Shown: positions 42,534-52,901, counted from the stretch's first letter. The stretch is 64,000 nucleotides of DNA from Paramoeba atlantica (GCA_977017575.1 CDRNVI010000016.1:248001-312000); one strand, 5' to 3'. A program made the numbers and translations. Notes: generated from the sequence alone by a model not told the origin.

Positions 42534-43138
42534 TTAGTAGCTAGTATTCCCCCCACGAGCCTTCAGCACTGCCTTCATACGGGCAGGCATACTGTCCACC
42601 CGGGCACGACATACAAGGGTGGTATGTTCGCCCATTCCATTTTTACCCTCTCCCACAACTCTCGGACCCCGCTTGGTGGATCATCGTGCTCTGCAAGGCA
42701 CCGCTTGAGTTCCCCCCAAACGTTTTCGATTGGATTTAAGTCAGGGGACTGCGGGGGCCACCGCATGACTTCAAACCCGGTACCCCGGAGGTGCCGTTGC
42801 GCACAATGGCTTGTGTGCGTGGGGTCATTATCTTGTTGGAAGATGACCATTGGGGGGTCTAGACCCATAGTTTCGATGGAGGGGGCAAGATTCTCTTCAA
42901 GAATCTCGACGTACTGTGTGGCGTTCAGGTTCCCTTGAACTAGACGCACATGCCCCACACCGCTTCGGGACATGCACGCCCAAATTATGATGTGCCCCCC
43001 TCCGTACTTTACCGTGGGAATTACCCCTTTTTCACCCAGTTCCTCCCCCGGGGTCCCCCATGTCCAAAGACTTCCCCCCGTTTCAAAGCGCGAGATCTTC
43101 GTCTCGTCCGACCATACAACTGGAGCCCAGTCGTGCAC
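42534..43138 (-). mobile_element. Tc1 (DD34E) transposase catalytic domain, 5'-truncated
   Basis: WSDETK..TVKYGGG..IWAC..FQQDNDPTH..WPPQSPDLNPIENVW with 34 residues between D and E. C-terminus MPARMKAVLKARGGNTSY* lies in a shifted frame (TAA 42534-36). N-terminal HTH absent. Confidence 0.92.
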
Positions 43139-43225
43139 AAATGTAACAGTGTAAGATAAACAATATAATAGTGTAAGATAAACTCTATAACCTAAAATTC
43201 TTCTTACCTAAAATTCTTATTTTCT

Positions 43226-43512
43226 ATGAGACCCAAACAACAAATTGCAGAGCTCTACGACAGCGGTGTGTCTATGAGGTCCATCTCTGATACAGTAAAT
43301 TTAAGTATCTCAACAATTTCTATGATATTATGGGCGTGCATGTCCCGAAGCGGTGTGGGGCATGTGCGTCTAGTTCAAGGGAACCTGAACGCCACACACG
43401 TCGAGATTCTTGAAGAGAATCTTGCCCCCTCCATCGAAACTATGGGTCTAGACGACCCCAAAGGTCATCTTCCAACGAGATAATGACCCCAAGCACACAA
43501 GCCATTGTGTGC
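43226..43512 (+). pseudogene. Second, internally deleted Tc1 copy in opposite orientation (HTH joined to mid-DDE segment)
   Basis: QQIAELYDSGVSMRSISDTVNLSISTISMIL (HTH), then 43331-43512, a near-identical inverted copy of about 42799-42982. Confidence 0.85.
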
Positions 43513-43600
43513 ATATTCGTACGTGTAATTGTAAATTTTTTTCTAGTGACTTTAAATGGGTTACAATCTTTCAAACTTCGGGAATTATTGTTTTATATAT

Positions 43601-43936
43601 TAACCCCCGTCCGGGTTAATGTACCCCCCCGGTACAATAACTAGCTACAGATACAATACGTAGCTACAGGTACAATAAAAATTCCGAAAAATAACGAAAA
43701 TAGTGCAAAAAAGATTTGGCGCCGCTTCGCGGCGCCGGGACTTCTCTATTTTCATGTCTTTGCTGATAAAAATGGTAAAATCGTAACCAATTTAAAAAAT
43801 AAAATCTGTAAAAAGGCAAAAAAATCGCGGCGCCCTCTTTTGCGCAAATGGGGGTACAATTAAACCAAGCGTTCCCACATATTGTACCCCCCGGTACAAT
43901 AGCGAGCTACGGGTACATTAAACCGGAACGGGGTTT
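43601..43936. mobile_element. MITE with 26-bp imperfect TIRs and iterated GTACA motifs
   Basis: TAACCCCCGTCCGGGTTAATGTACCC vs the reverse complement of 43911-36 (22/26). TGTACC-Cn-GGTACA at 43620 and 43883. TSD ambiguous (TA or TTAA-like). Confidence 0.75.
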
Positions 43937-44372
43937 TATTTCTATAAATTATAGTGCTCAGAACGACTTTAAATGTAAATTTGGTCGAAGGGATCATTTG
44001 TTTTGAAAAAGCGTATTTTTGGGTACAGTTTGAGTGCAGGTGACCCAAAGATTTTTTTTCTACGTCTTTTCTATTTCTTGTCAAAGTTCAACGGCAAAAT
44101 CAACGCGAAAATGAGAATAGTCGCGAAAATGAGAATGAAAATAAAAAAATCCTGTCAATGTTCAATTACAGATTCTGAGAATAGTGACGACGACTGTACG
44201 TACGTGATACGCCCGCCAAGCATCTGTGTCCACGATCGTGCGGTAGCTGTCCACTGTGTGCTTTTTCATAGACTTTTTTAAAGTAGTCCTGTCCCTTTTT
44301 TCCATATACACAGTAGTGCTACACAGTAGTGCGACCACAACTACATCTACTGTAACATCTCTTAAATTTAAT

Positions 44373-44815
44373 CTACTGTACCATGTAAAAAGGCCGTTTT
44401 CTCACTCGGCATACCCGATGATACTTCCGTGGAAAATACTTCCGTGGATAGGTTTCATCTACCGCGCACCTAGAGAACTTGATTTCCTCGTTGCGTTTCA
44501 GTACGGCCTTGTGAATCCATAGCAAAAGCTGTTTTTTCCATTTGAAAACAGCACGTCGGGCTGCCTTACACTGTGAGGCCAGACTTGCCATTTCGACCCG
44601 TTGGCAAAGTTTGATCCGAAACACGAATTTCATTTGTGTCTTTTTTTTCGAAGAAAAAAAGGTGCTGGCCTAGTAAGGCGTTTACTGCACTTGGCACCAG
44701 AATTTCTGCGCCAGCAAATGTACAATGAGGTATTCGCTTTGTGAGGAGTGCCAGGCAATTTATGCGTAGCGCATTTGTCTTGTCGCACTATTCCATGAGA
44801 GACCAGGAATGACAC
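44373..44815 (-). pseudogene. Merlin/IS1016 (ISXO2-like) transposase remnant
   Basis: FLVSHGIVRQDKC..YICWRR..KCSKR..PFF (N-terminal Zn finger), then in a shifted frame VFKWKKQL..CAVDETY..RKYHRVCRVRK, matching the xDESxF.kRKYHRGr catalytic region. Confidence 0.75.
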
Positions 44816-45145
44816 AAAACTATCTGGAATATCTCCGTCATGCTTCCGTCGGAGAATGCACCGAAGGTCGGAACATGAGCACGTATTGGATAAAAATACG
44901 TAGGATAGGTGTACAGAGCCAAAAAATAGACATTAGTAAAAAAGTGCGACACGATTCAAAAAAAATACAAAATACAAAAAAATATACAAAACACAAAAAA
45001 ATGAAGTTTTGGGTACAATATACCCAAAATGGGGGTAATGGATAAGTTCCCATTGCCCGGAAATAGTATTACTAATAGTTATCCCCCAGAACACCACATT
45101 GCACTTACTGTAGTTATTTTTTTTCTAACGATAATTCGTACCGTA

Positions 45146-46813
45146 ATGTCTCGCAACCCCCTGAAGTTCAGTCTCAGTCACACTTTGCTTAAGAGCGCGA
45201 GGAAAATCGACGCAGATCCGGCACATCGCGCACTCGTGACGACACCTTACGAACTGGTAAGATTTTACGACCACAGGAATGAACAGTGGGAGTCACCGCT
45301 GCGTTCGGTAGGAGGAGAATCAACTGAGGAAGAGACGCGCGTTTCTCCTGGCTATTTCGTAATGAGTGCATTACGAGAGTTAAATGGAGGTCGAGTGTAC
45401 TACATCCCAACGGACCGCCGCACACATCACCACCTTGTGCCAGAGATCAGGCGAATGCTGCGGACCACCCCGCTCACTCCTTCGTCCGTTTCATCTGCAT
45501 TCTTTGCAATGAAGCTTGTCAACGCCATACAGGCGTCGGGAGCGAAACTGGAGAGCCCCACAGTGAATGAAGATTCCACTCCGCATACGCGAAGTCTACG
45601 AAAAGCACAACCCTTGGAGACGCTTCCAGTGTTTGATCCACAGTGGCAGCCACCCCACTCACCTCAACCCACACCCCGTAACCCTACTGCCCCCCCTCCC
45701 CCTCCACCCTCACCCAAATCCAAACCCAAAAAGTGGCGCAACCGTTCCTCCACCTCCATCTCCCCCCCACCCCCATCTTGTGGCTACTTCCTCGCCGCTC
45801 ATCCCATGGTGGATCGCTGTTTCCGTCATGCCGTCATGCTTGTCGGGGCTCACAACGTGTCCTCCCCCACAGAGCCCTCCCACCCCGAACCCCCTCCCTC
45901 CACGGACCTCCCCCCCTCCGGTCTCCGCGGGACCGCCCCGAAAGGGATGGACACGCGTCCGCGGGCCACGACGCGTTACTACGGCTCTCCTTCTTCTTCT
46001 CCTTCTTCTTCTCCTTCTTCTTTTCCCTCTTCCCCCCCCACCCCCTCCACCCAGTCCATGGCGTGGGTCCTCAACATCCCGCTACGCACCCGCGACGGGA
46101 GGGCCGTGCGGGTCGGGGACCTCGGCATCCAGTCCCACCCCGTGTTCCGCTCCCACCTGCGGCACAACGTGGTGTTCTCCGGGGGGCCGGTGGCGTCCCC
46201 GGTGGCGCCGGCGGGGGGTGGCCCCCCCCGGGGGGAGCACGCGCTGTTCGTGCTGCACTGTCCCGCGGGGGGGAGGGCCACCAAGGGGGGAGGGGAAGGG
46301 GGAGGGAGAACCCAGAAGGGGGTAAAGGGGTCGACGGTGGTGGTTCCCGGGGTGTACTGTGTACACGCGCTGGGGCCGTTGGGGGAGGCGATGGGGAGAG
46401 GGGAGGTGAAGGCGGGGGAGGTGGTGGTGGTGTTGGGGTACAGTGGGTGGGGACGGGCGCAGTTGGATGGGGAGATTGCGCAGGGGACGTGGGTGCCGTT
46501 TAGGGTGAAGAAGGGGCGGGAGATTGCGGCGCTGGTGTCGTCGTATCAAAGATCGGCCGCGGAGAAGGATGAGGAGGGGATGGAAAAGGAGGCGGAGGTG
46601 GTGAGTCCGGCGGTGAAACCGATTGTACGTGTCGCGTCCCTTGAGAAGTCACACAGTGAGGAGAAGGCGGAAAAGTCAGTCCCGCTGATTGATGAATCGA
46701 ACGTACCTTACCCGGCAAAAATGTGGAAGGATGTGTTTACGGCTATGGGGCACCCATATAAATGTTTTGCTAGGCTGTGTGGTGTCACTCCATTACGAAT
46801 GAGTTCACTATAG
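45146..46813 (+). CDS. DUF179 (YqgE/AlgH-like) domain protein with an N-terminal LYR-like helix and Pro/Ser-rich linkers
   Basis: GYFLAAHP..FRHAVML..H; WVLNIP; VFSGGPV; GYSGWGRAQLDGEIAQGTW. N-terminal LLKSARKID..RALV. ATG 45146. Confidence 0.8.
   Translation: MSRNPLKFSLSHTLLKSARKIDADPAHRALVTTPYELVRFYDHRNEQWESPLRSVGGESTEEETRVSPGYFVMSALRELNGGRVYYIPTDRRTHHHLVPEIRRMLRTTPLTPSSVSSAFFAMKLVNAIQASGAKLESPTVNEDSTPHTRSLRKAQPLETLPVFDPQWQPPHSPQPTPRNPTAPPPPPPSPKSKPKKWRNRSSTSISPPPPSCGYFLAAHPMVDRCFRHAVMLVGAHNVSSPTEPSHPEPPPSTDLPPSGLRGTAPKGMDTRPRATTRYYGSPSSSPSSSPSSFPSSPPTPSTQSMAWVLNIPLRTRDGRAVRVGDLGIQSHPVFRSHLRHNVVFSGGPVASPVAPAGGGPPRGEHALFVLHCPAGGRATKGGGEGGGRTQKGVKGSTVVVPGVYCVHALGPLGEAMGRGEVKAGEVVVVLGYSGWGRAQLDGEIAQGTWVPFRVKKGREIAALVSSYQRSAAEKDEEGMEKEAEVVSPAVKPIVRVASLEKSHSEEKAEKSVPLIDESNVPYPAKMWKDVFTAMGHPYKCFARLCGVTPLRMSSL
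45640..46620. other. GC-rich island with C-to-G skew flip (centre about 46190)
   Basis: C/A-rich over 45650-46160 and G/T-rich over 46200-46620; the strongest of the four. Synonymous codons flip within one domain. Confidence 0.9.
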
Positions 46814-47032
46814 AAAAAACTCGTTTTCAATGCGCGGTATTATACTACACAGTTTAAAAGGACCACTATATAAAATTTACTGTATTGCTGCTTTGCGTCA
46901 TGCACTACGCAGGATTATCTTTCTTATATTTTTTCTGAATGTACTTACAGAACGTGCGAACCTGTCTACGATTTTTTTTGAGCACTCCTAATTTTTCCCT
47001 TTTTTTTCTTTGCCAAAGTCCTTGAAACGACC

Positions 47033-47410
47033 ATGTTTGCCAACGCTTTCCCCTTCGGAAAAATTGTAAGTGGGTCACTACGCACATTTCGGTCGGTAGC
47101 AAAACGCAACACCACAAGCACAATATCCAATTGTAACATGAAGTTCCCTCTTCTAGGAGGGTCCATCGCCTATTATACATCAAATAACAAAAAGTCAGAC
47201 TCATTGCCTTTTGATGCTGAAGACGTGGACGCAAGTAAACTACAGCATCCCTATTGGGATGAGAAAACTGGATCTGAAGCGTTAGACGACGGTGACGATG
47301 ATCTGATGATGTTGAACGAAATCGGCGAATTCGGCTCCGACTTCGATTTCGACCTTCCCGAAAAGGACAAGGGGTTCCTGAAGAAGGAATGGAGTCCACC
47401 CTCCAAGTAG
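47033..47410 (+). CDS. Small hypothetical protein, possibly mitochondrial
   Basis: 125 aa; basic S/T/R-rich presequence-like N-terminus and acidic C-terminus. Confidence 0.5.
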   Translation: MFANAFPFGKIVSGSLRTFRSVAKRNTTSTISNCNMKFPLLGGSIAYYTSNNKKSDSLPFDAEDVDASKLQHPYWDEKTGSEALDDGDDDLMMLNEIGEFGSDFDFDLPEKDKGFLKKEWSPPSK

Positions 47411-47809
47411 ATCTGATAGTTGCGCTCTCAGCAACAACCAAGAAAAAAATACGTAACCAAGAAAAAATCACGTCTCCACTTTTGCTTTTTCATTTTTTTA
47501 TTATATCCCGATATACTCGTCATATTTATTTATTTTTTCTTAGTTCTCTAAAGGGCGAAACTCTTGAGCTTCTCAAAGATCCTGTTTCAATTCTCCGAGT
47601 TGCCGATGTATGAAGTTTAATATGGAGGTGAAACTCCATCTATCTGTATGCCAATACATCGAAACAAAGAGCTTTTGGGTCATCAGTTTTAGATGTATGC
47701 AAGTTCTTTACGGCACATGGGGAAATATGCAACCTTTAAGGAGAAAAGGAAACGACAGAAGACTACCACTAATTAAACTTAAACATTTGAATTGTTTTCT
47801 TTGATTTTT

Positions 47810-48505
47810 ATGCAAACTGAGAAAGTTCATGCTATACAAGGAAGCAAAAAAACTGAGTTTAATCACCCCCCTGAAGAGGTTAGATGTCAGCACTCCGATC
47901 TCAAAGACCAGAAAACGTTAGTCAGGATATTATCAGTCACAGAGCAAATGATGGATGTCCTTACGCAGCTTACTGCAAATATAAACGAGGAATGTACTGT
48001 CGACAACATACATAACGCATCTTTTGAAACTATTCATGCGCGCCATAATAGTACATGCATTAGTCCAGCTAAGAAAGACGAAAAAAATCAAGATGAAGAG
48101 GGCCGCACGTCGTTCGATGATACTCAGCGCATACTAAATTCTTTAGACAGCGTTTCTCTTCATCTAAATGAGACTTTAGATCGAAAAATCGTGGGCCCAT
48201 TCAACACAATAACGAACTACGTCGATAAATATTTTGAAACATGGCGCTATTATTGGCGTAATGAATACATCACTGATGTGACACATGGGATTCTAGCAAA
48301 ACATTTTGAAATTCGGGCAATGCTTGTCCAATCTTCGGAATTTAACGAGCCAACAATCTCGTCGAATAATACGATGTCATGGAAAACCCTCGAAAGACTA
48401 TGTTCTCAAAGAATTCAAATGATCGTTGAAGAGGAAACTAAAATTTTGGAATTGGGGCGAAGGTTGAAGCAGTGTACAAAGTACAACGACACAGAAGACG
48501 CGTAG
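47810..48505 (+). CDS. Hypothetical helical protein
   Basis: About 231 aa from ATG 47810 on the coding strand; no motif recognised. Confidence 0.55.
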   Translation: MQTEKVHAIQGSKKTEFNHPPEEVRCQHSDLKDQKTLVRILSVTEQMMDVLTQLTANINEECTVDNIHNASFETIHARHNSTCISPAKKDEKNQDEEGRTSFDDTQRILNSLDSVSLHLNETLDRKIVGPFNTITNYVDKYFETWRYYWRNEYITDVTHGILAKHFEIRAMLVQSSEFNEPTISSNNTMSWKTLERLCSQRIQMIVEEETKILELGRRLKQCTKYNDTEDA

Positions 48506-48842
48506 ATATGCAACTTTCATATAATTTTATACATATGTATTATTGTTTCATAATGCAGAAGATTCCTTATTTTGCCTTACAATTCTTGCCTAGGAGCCCA
48601 GAGCTGCGTAATTTTAGTCGTGTTACGCTCTGTCTTTTCTTTGTTTTTTATAAGCTGTATAATTCTTGCTTGTAAGAAAAAGGTTGGCAAATCGGATGTC
48701 GAATCGAAAGACAAGAAAATTAACAGTAAATCAAGGAAGTCATACAAGCCTACATGGCGCCATTCTATAGTTGTAGAGAGCTATTGATAGCAGGAGAGAG
48801 TTGTACTACTAGCGTGAATTATTAATAGATTAAATTGACCTG

Positions 48843-50174
48843 ATGGAAGTAGAGCGTACACCCCTTCATCTTGAGAACCTTTTAAGAACAATCAAGTTCG
48901 GTACTCCCTCAGAAGTGAAGAAAGTTATTTCGGAGGACAGATCAGGAACACTACTTACTTCTGAAGATGGCTCTGGTCGTACAGCACTACATTTCGTCGC
49001 ATATTGGGGCCGGACGGATTTACTCGATTTCTTAAACACACCTGGGATACGGTCGCAAATAGAAGTTGATCACCAAGACTTTGATGGTAACACCGCACTT
49101 GTGCTTGCGGCAAAGCAAAAGAATTTTAGCTGCTTACAATCGCTCGTAGAAAAGTGGGATGCTGACCTCATGAAAAAACTCAAAGGCGAAGTAACAGTCA
49201 TTCACCATGCAGCTTGCGTACCAGATAACATCCAGATTCTGCATTTTCTTACTAATGCTTGGATATCACGGTCATCCGACGCCTCTCAGCCACTAGAGGT
49301 AAAACATGAAGAAACAGACCAAAAAAGTGAAGATGTGCAACCCATTGATACGTTCTTTGGCAATGAGGGGCTTCCTTTCGCTTCCTTTTGTAAGCCCATT
49401 GAAGGAGGAAGCCCTCTTCACTGGGCATGTCACAACCAGGATTTGAACAATGTGGCTTTTTGTTTAGATGAATTACACATCCCTGTGGATGTGACAGATA
49501 TGCACGGGGGCACAGCTCTCTTTGTTGCGTCCTCTCTTGGGCATCATGAAATAACTCGGTTCCTTTTGGAACGTCAGGCGAACCTCCGCGTACAAACACT
49601 TGATGGTACCACTCCATGTTCACTTTTGCTTGAGCAAGAAACTTTAGACGTTGAAATGGTTAAATTGCTGCGCATTTTTGACCACAGTAATGTTCTAGAG
49701 GAAATTATAGCCAATTCAAAAAGCAAATTGTCTGAGCCCGTATACCAAGATTTGTGCAAAGTACCACCCGATGAATCCGCGTGCAAAGAACGCGCTTCAC
49801 GATTTAAATTGCAGGGCAGCAACGCTTTTGCAGCGAGAGAGTACGTAAAAGCGTCAAAATTTTATACACTCTCGATTGCACATGTTTCAAGTGACCCTAC
49901 AATATTTTCCAACCGTAGTGCGTGCTACTATAATTTGCGCCAATTCCGTAGAGCTCTAGCGGACGGTATTCATTCCGTTCGATTAAGTCCCACGTGGGTG
50001 AAAGGTTATTACCGTACGGCAGCAGTACTCCTCGAATTGGAAGCTTATGATAGGTGTCTAAATGTATGCAAACTCGGCATAGAGATTGACAGGGACAACT
50101 CTGCAACAGCCGAACAGCTGCGCAGCATTATAACCCAGCTGTCTAGGCGGAAAAAGAAGTTGACAGCCGTGTAG
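48843..50174 (+). CDS. Ankyrin-repeat plus TPR protein
   Basis: GRTALHFVA, GNTALVLA, GGSPLHWAC, GGTALFVA; C-terminal KLQGSNAF..YVKA..FYT..FSNRSACY..KGYYR TPR triplet. Confidence 0.9.
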   Translation: MEVERTPLHLENLLRTIKFGTPSEVKKVISEDRSGTLLTSEDGSGRTALHFVAYWGRTDLLDFLNTPGIRSQIEVDHQDFDGNTALVLAAKQKNFSCLQSLVEKWDADLMKKLKGEVTVIHHAACVPDNIQILHFLTNAWISRSSDASQPLEVKHEETDQKSEDVQPIDTFFGNEGLPFASFCKPIEGGSPLHWACHNQDLNNVAFCLDELHIPVDVTDMHGGTALFVASSLGHHEITRFLLERQANLRVQTLDGTTPCSLLLEQETLDVEMVKLLRIFDHSNVLEEIIANSKSKLSEPVYQDLCKVPPDESACKERASRFKLQGSNAFAAREYVKASKFYTLSIAHVSSDPTIFSNRSACYYNLRQFRRALADGIHSVRLSPTWVKGYYRTAAVLLELEAYDRCLNVCKLGIEIDRDNSATAEQLRSIITQLSRRKKKLTAV

Positions 50175-50175
50175 C

Positions 50176-50213
50176 AGTCTTTTAGATTGTAAGATTTTAC
50201 AATCTAAAAGACT
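50176..50213. repeat. Perfect 17-bp hairpin directly after a stop codon
   Basis: AGTCTTTTAGATTGTAA-gatt-TTACAATCTAAAAGACT, starting 2 nt after the TAG at 50172-74. Confidence 0.92.
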
Positions 50214-50579
50214 CTTTTGCGACTAATAAGGTAAGATGAGGTCTGCAACCTTTACATCCATTTGATTTTGTAGCTGACAAGCCCTCGACGCGTCGTCGTT
50301 CCACTGGGCGTTATGGAACTGGTCGGTGAGATTTAATGATTATTCAGAAACCTTCCCACGAGTGATAAAATTTATGATGTATCAGTGAATGAATTCCTTA
50401 TGAATACGTACTGACAAGAGAAAAGTAGGTAAGCCAAGTAAATGTTGGGTATGTAAATTGTATCGGTGTTCCGCGATTTCTTTCGAATCTCTGCGCTTGA
50501 TTCTAATTTTATTATGCGTTTTCAAACTCATTTTCTCTATGTAGTCCTTGATGAGCGAAGGTTCTGATATCATCCTCAT

Positions 50580-52901
50580 ATGAACATCACGATTTGGTAT
50601 TTCTTGCAGTGGACGCTGGCCAGCATCTCGTCATCACTATCTCAAGTACTCCCCTCTCTTATTGTAACCCTGCTTGTACTCATACTGAGTGCACGGAAAG
50701 TAGAAAGGAAGGAGTCAACTGTTGATCCATCATTATTAACAGTTTCTAGATCGTGCGGAGGGAGACCAAGTTTCGCACAATTGAGTAAGTCGCTTCCCCG
50801 GAATCCTGCCAGCAATTCGCTGTGTATCCTGTCCATAGTGCGTTCCTTCCTTCTGTTGACTTCAGTCATAGGATCATTATATTTTCTTGATTTCTATAGT
50901 CTGTTGCATCTTGCCATTATTGTGGGTCTATTCTACTTTGCTTTGAGAGTTGGTTCCTTGTTTTCGATCCCGATGTCCAGGGGAGATGTAGACACGAGGA
51001 AATCATATTTCTTCATCAACAGTGCTATTTGCGGTTCAGCTTTTTACTTTGCATTTATTTATTGCGCCCTACAGTTTAATTCTTGCTCGCTAAGCCCACA
51101 ACTGAAAAACAATTCATTTTCTTCCAATGTACAGTCATTTTCATCCAATTTGCAGCCGTCCTGCACCGAGTCAGTGCTCTCTCTTCATCATTTAGTAAGC
51201 ACCACTCCGTCCGGTGGAGTAATATACCTGCACCCTGGACAAGAATATATGGTTGATTTTCCTCTTGTTATACGAGACAAGGAGTTGACTCTCATCAGTG
51301 TTGGAATGGATCATCATGGACAGCAAACCAATAATACTGCCGCCCAGTTGCTATGTGTTACGGAATGTGCCATTGTACTTCCAGGGTCATCCCTTTCACT
51401 TGTGAACATACACATGACTACGGAGAGTCGTAAGAAGCCGGCGATCGTTGTGTTCTCCGCCGAAGACAGTGTTCTCCGAGGAGAAGAAACTAGTGTGTAC
51501 AGGAAATCCGATACTTCTCTACAAATGCGAGACTCTGTTCTTCACTGCGCGTTGCGGAAATGCGTTTATTATCCCAGTAGAACGCGATCAAAATCCGATG
51601 GTTATTCTGAAACGAAAGAGTACAATCAATGGGACTATTTACCTTTGAGTCATAGATCTCTACTGCTCTGTACTTCGTTGATACTGAAGCTCACGGGAGA
51701 TTATGCATTTCCATTCGTACGACGTCTTGCTACCGCTCTTCCCTGGATGACATCAAGCGCGTATTCATTCTTCCGTTTGTCAATTATTTTAGCCAACGAA
51801 TACCTGGAAGCTACGTACTGCATAGTTTCACTGTGCTCTGAACAAATGCGGTATGAAAAGTGTGCATGGGCGCAGCAAGCGTACCCTATTTTGTATCAGT
51901 TCATAAGTACGATATACGGAGCTGTGCGCCACACTCAATATTTTATTGGAGGAATCCGTCCCGTCTTCCAATCAATCGTTGATGTTATGGGTCTCATCCT
52001 GTGTCAATTTCACTTCTTTTCGAATGACAAGTGCACCGCCTTACGGCGTTCATACCCAGTGGCATCGGAGCTACAGCGTGATGTGCATTCAGGGTTAGGA
52101 TGGCTCGTTGCATGGGCTCGATGCATGCTTTGGTCGGACCCCTCCGATGCTCGATGTGCTGAGAGCAGTCTGTTATTGGTAATGATACAGTACAGTATAT
52201 TTTTGCCTCGACTAATAGTGTCGTCCTTTTTTGCCATATTTGTGGGTGAACATCGCTGTATTCTAAACATCATGAGTCTTCAAGCACAGTTTTGCTACGA
52301 ATTAGGCTTATACGTTCTTGCCATCGGCCGCGTATTAGTGCGTTTTGTGATTAGGGAACACTTTTCACAGGCTGCGATGACACAAATTACGACTTCGTTT
52401 GTTTTTTGTCTTTATACCTTGTTTGCCGTACTTCGAAAAACTACTGATTTGAACGACGACGAAAGCGTTCATGAATCGTACAACTCACTTTTAGATGTCC
52501 TAGGGGGTATATTTAGGACCAAAAAATGGGTTCACCTAGCTTACAGCATGGGTACGAAAACGACGGAGTTAGCCTCCGTACTGAAGCACTATGGTCTTTC
52601 TTGCACGCTTGTTTTCCTCACTTCGTTCCTCCCGTATCCCTTGTATCAAATGACCGTGTGGCTGCAGCTTCCGGTGCAATGCTGCCAGACCACATTGTGG
52701 ATTTTAATACCCAAACCGTCATGGATAAAAGGCATTCTAATTATCTGCGCAAGATTTTTGGTTTCTTATCTTATTCAGAATACGCTAGGGATCATACTTG
52801 GATATCTATGGGGAGAAGTTTCCATTCTGATAACTATTTTTCTAGCAGCAGTTATCGCACACAGCTTTTTTCACGAGTCGCGTAAAAAACTCAGGCAATA
52901 G
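50580..52901 (+). CDS. Hypothetical multi-pass membrane protein
   Basis: 773 aa with clusters of hydrophobic helices at both ends and a soluble middle region. Confidence 0.6.
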   Translation: MNITIWYFLQWTLASISSSLSQVLPSLIVTLLVLILSARKVERKESTVDPSLLTVSRSCGGRPSFAQLSKSLPRNPASNSLCILSIVRSFLLLTSVIGSLYFLDFYSLLHLAIIVGLFYFALRVGSLFSIPMSRGDVDTRKSYFFINSAICGSAFYFAFIYCALQFNSCSLSPQLKNNSFSSNVQSFSSNLQPSCTESVLSLHHLVSTTPSGGVIYLHPGQEYMVDFPLVIRDKELTLISVGMDHHGQQTNNTAAQLLCVTECAIVLPGSSLSLVNIHMTTESRKKPAIVVFSAEDSVLRGEETSVYRKSDTSLQMRDSVLHCALRKCVYYPSRTRSKSDGYSETKEYNQWDYLPLSHRSLLLCTSLILKLTGDYAFPFVRRLATALPWMTSSAYSFFRLSIILANEYLEATYCIVSLCSEQMRYEKCAWAQQAYPILYQFISTIYGAVRHTQYFIGGIRPVFQSIVDVMGLILCQFHFFSNDKCTALRRSYPVASELQRDVHSGLGWLVAWARCMLWSDPSDARCAESSLLLVMIQYSIFLPRLIVSSFFAIFVGEHRCILNIMSLQAQFCYELGLYVLAIGRVLVRFVIREHFSQAAMTQITTSFVFCLYTLFAVLRKTTDLNDDESVHESYNSLLDVLGGIFRTKKWVHLAYSMGTKTTELASVLKHYGLSCTLVFLTSFLPYPLYQMTVWLQLPVQCCQTTLWILIPKPSWIKGILIICARFLVSYLIQNTLGIILGYLWGEVSILITIFLAAVIAHSFFHESRKKLRQ

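Noticed and set aside
45567-46718. Several 100-250 aa overlapping ORFs in the DUF179 gene
   Set aside because: Same compositional artefact; no domain motifs.
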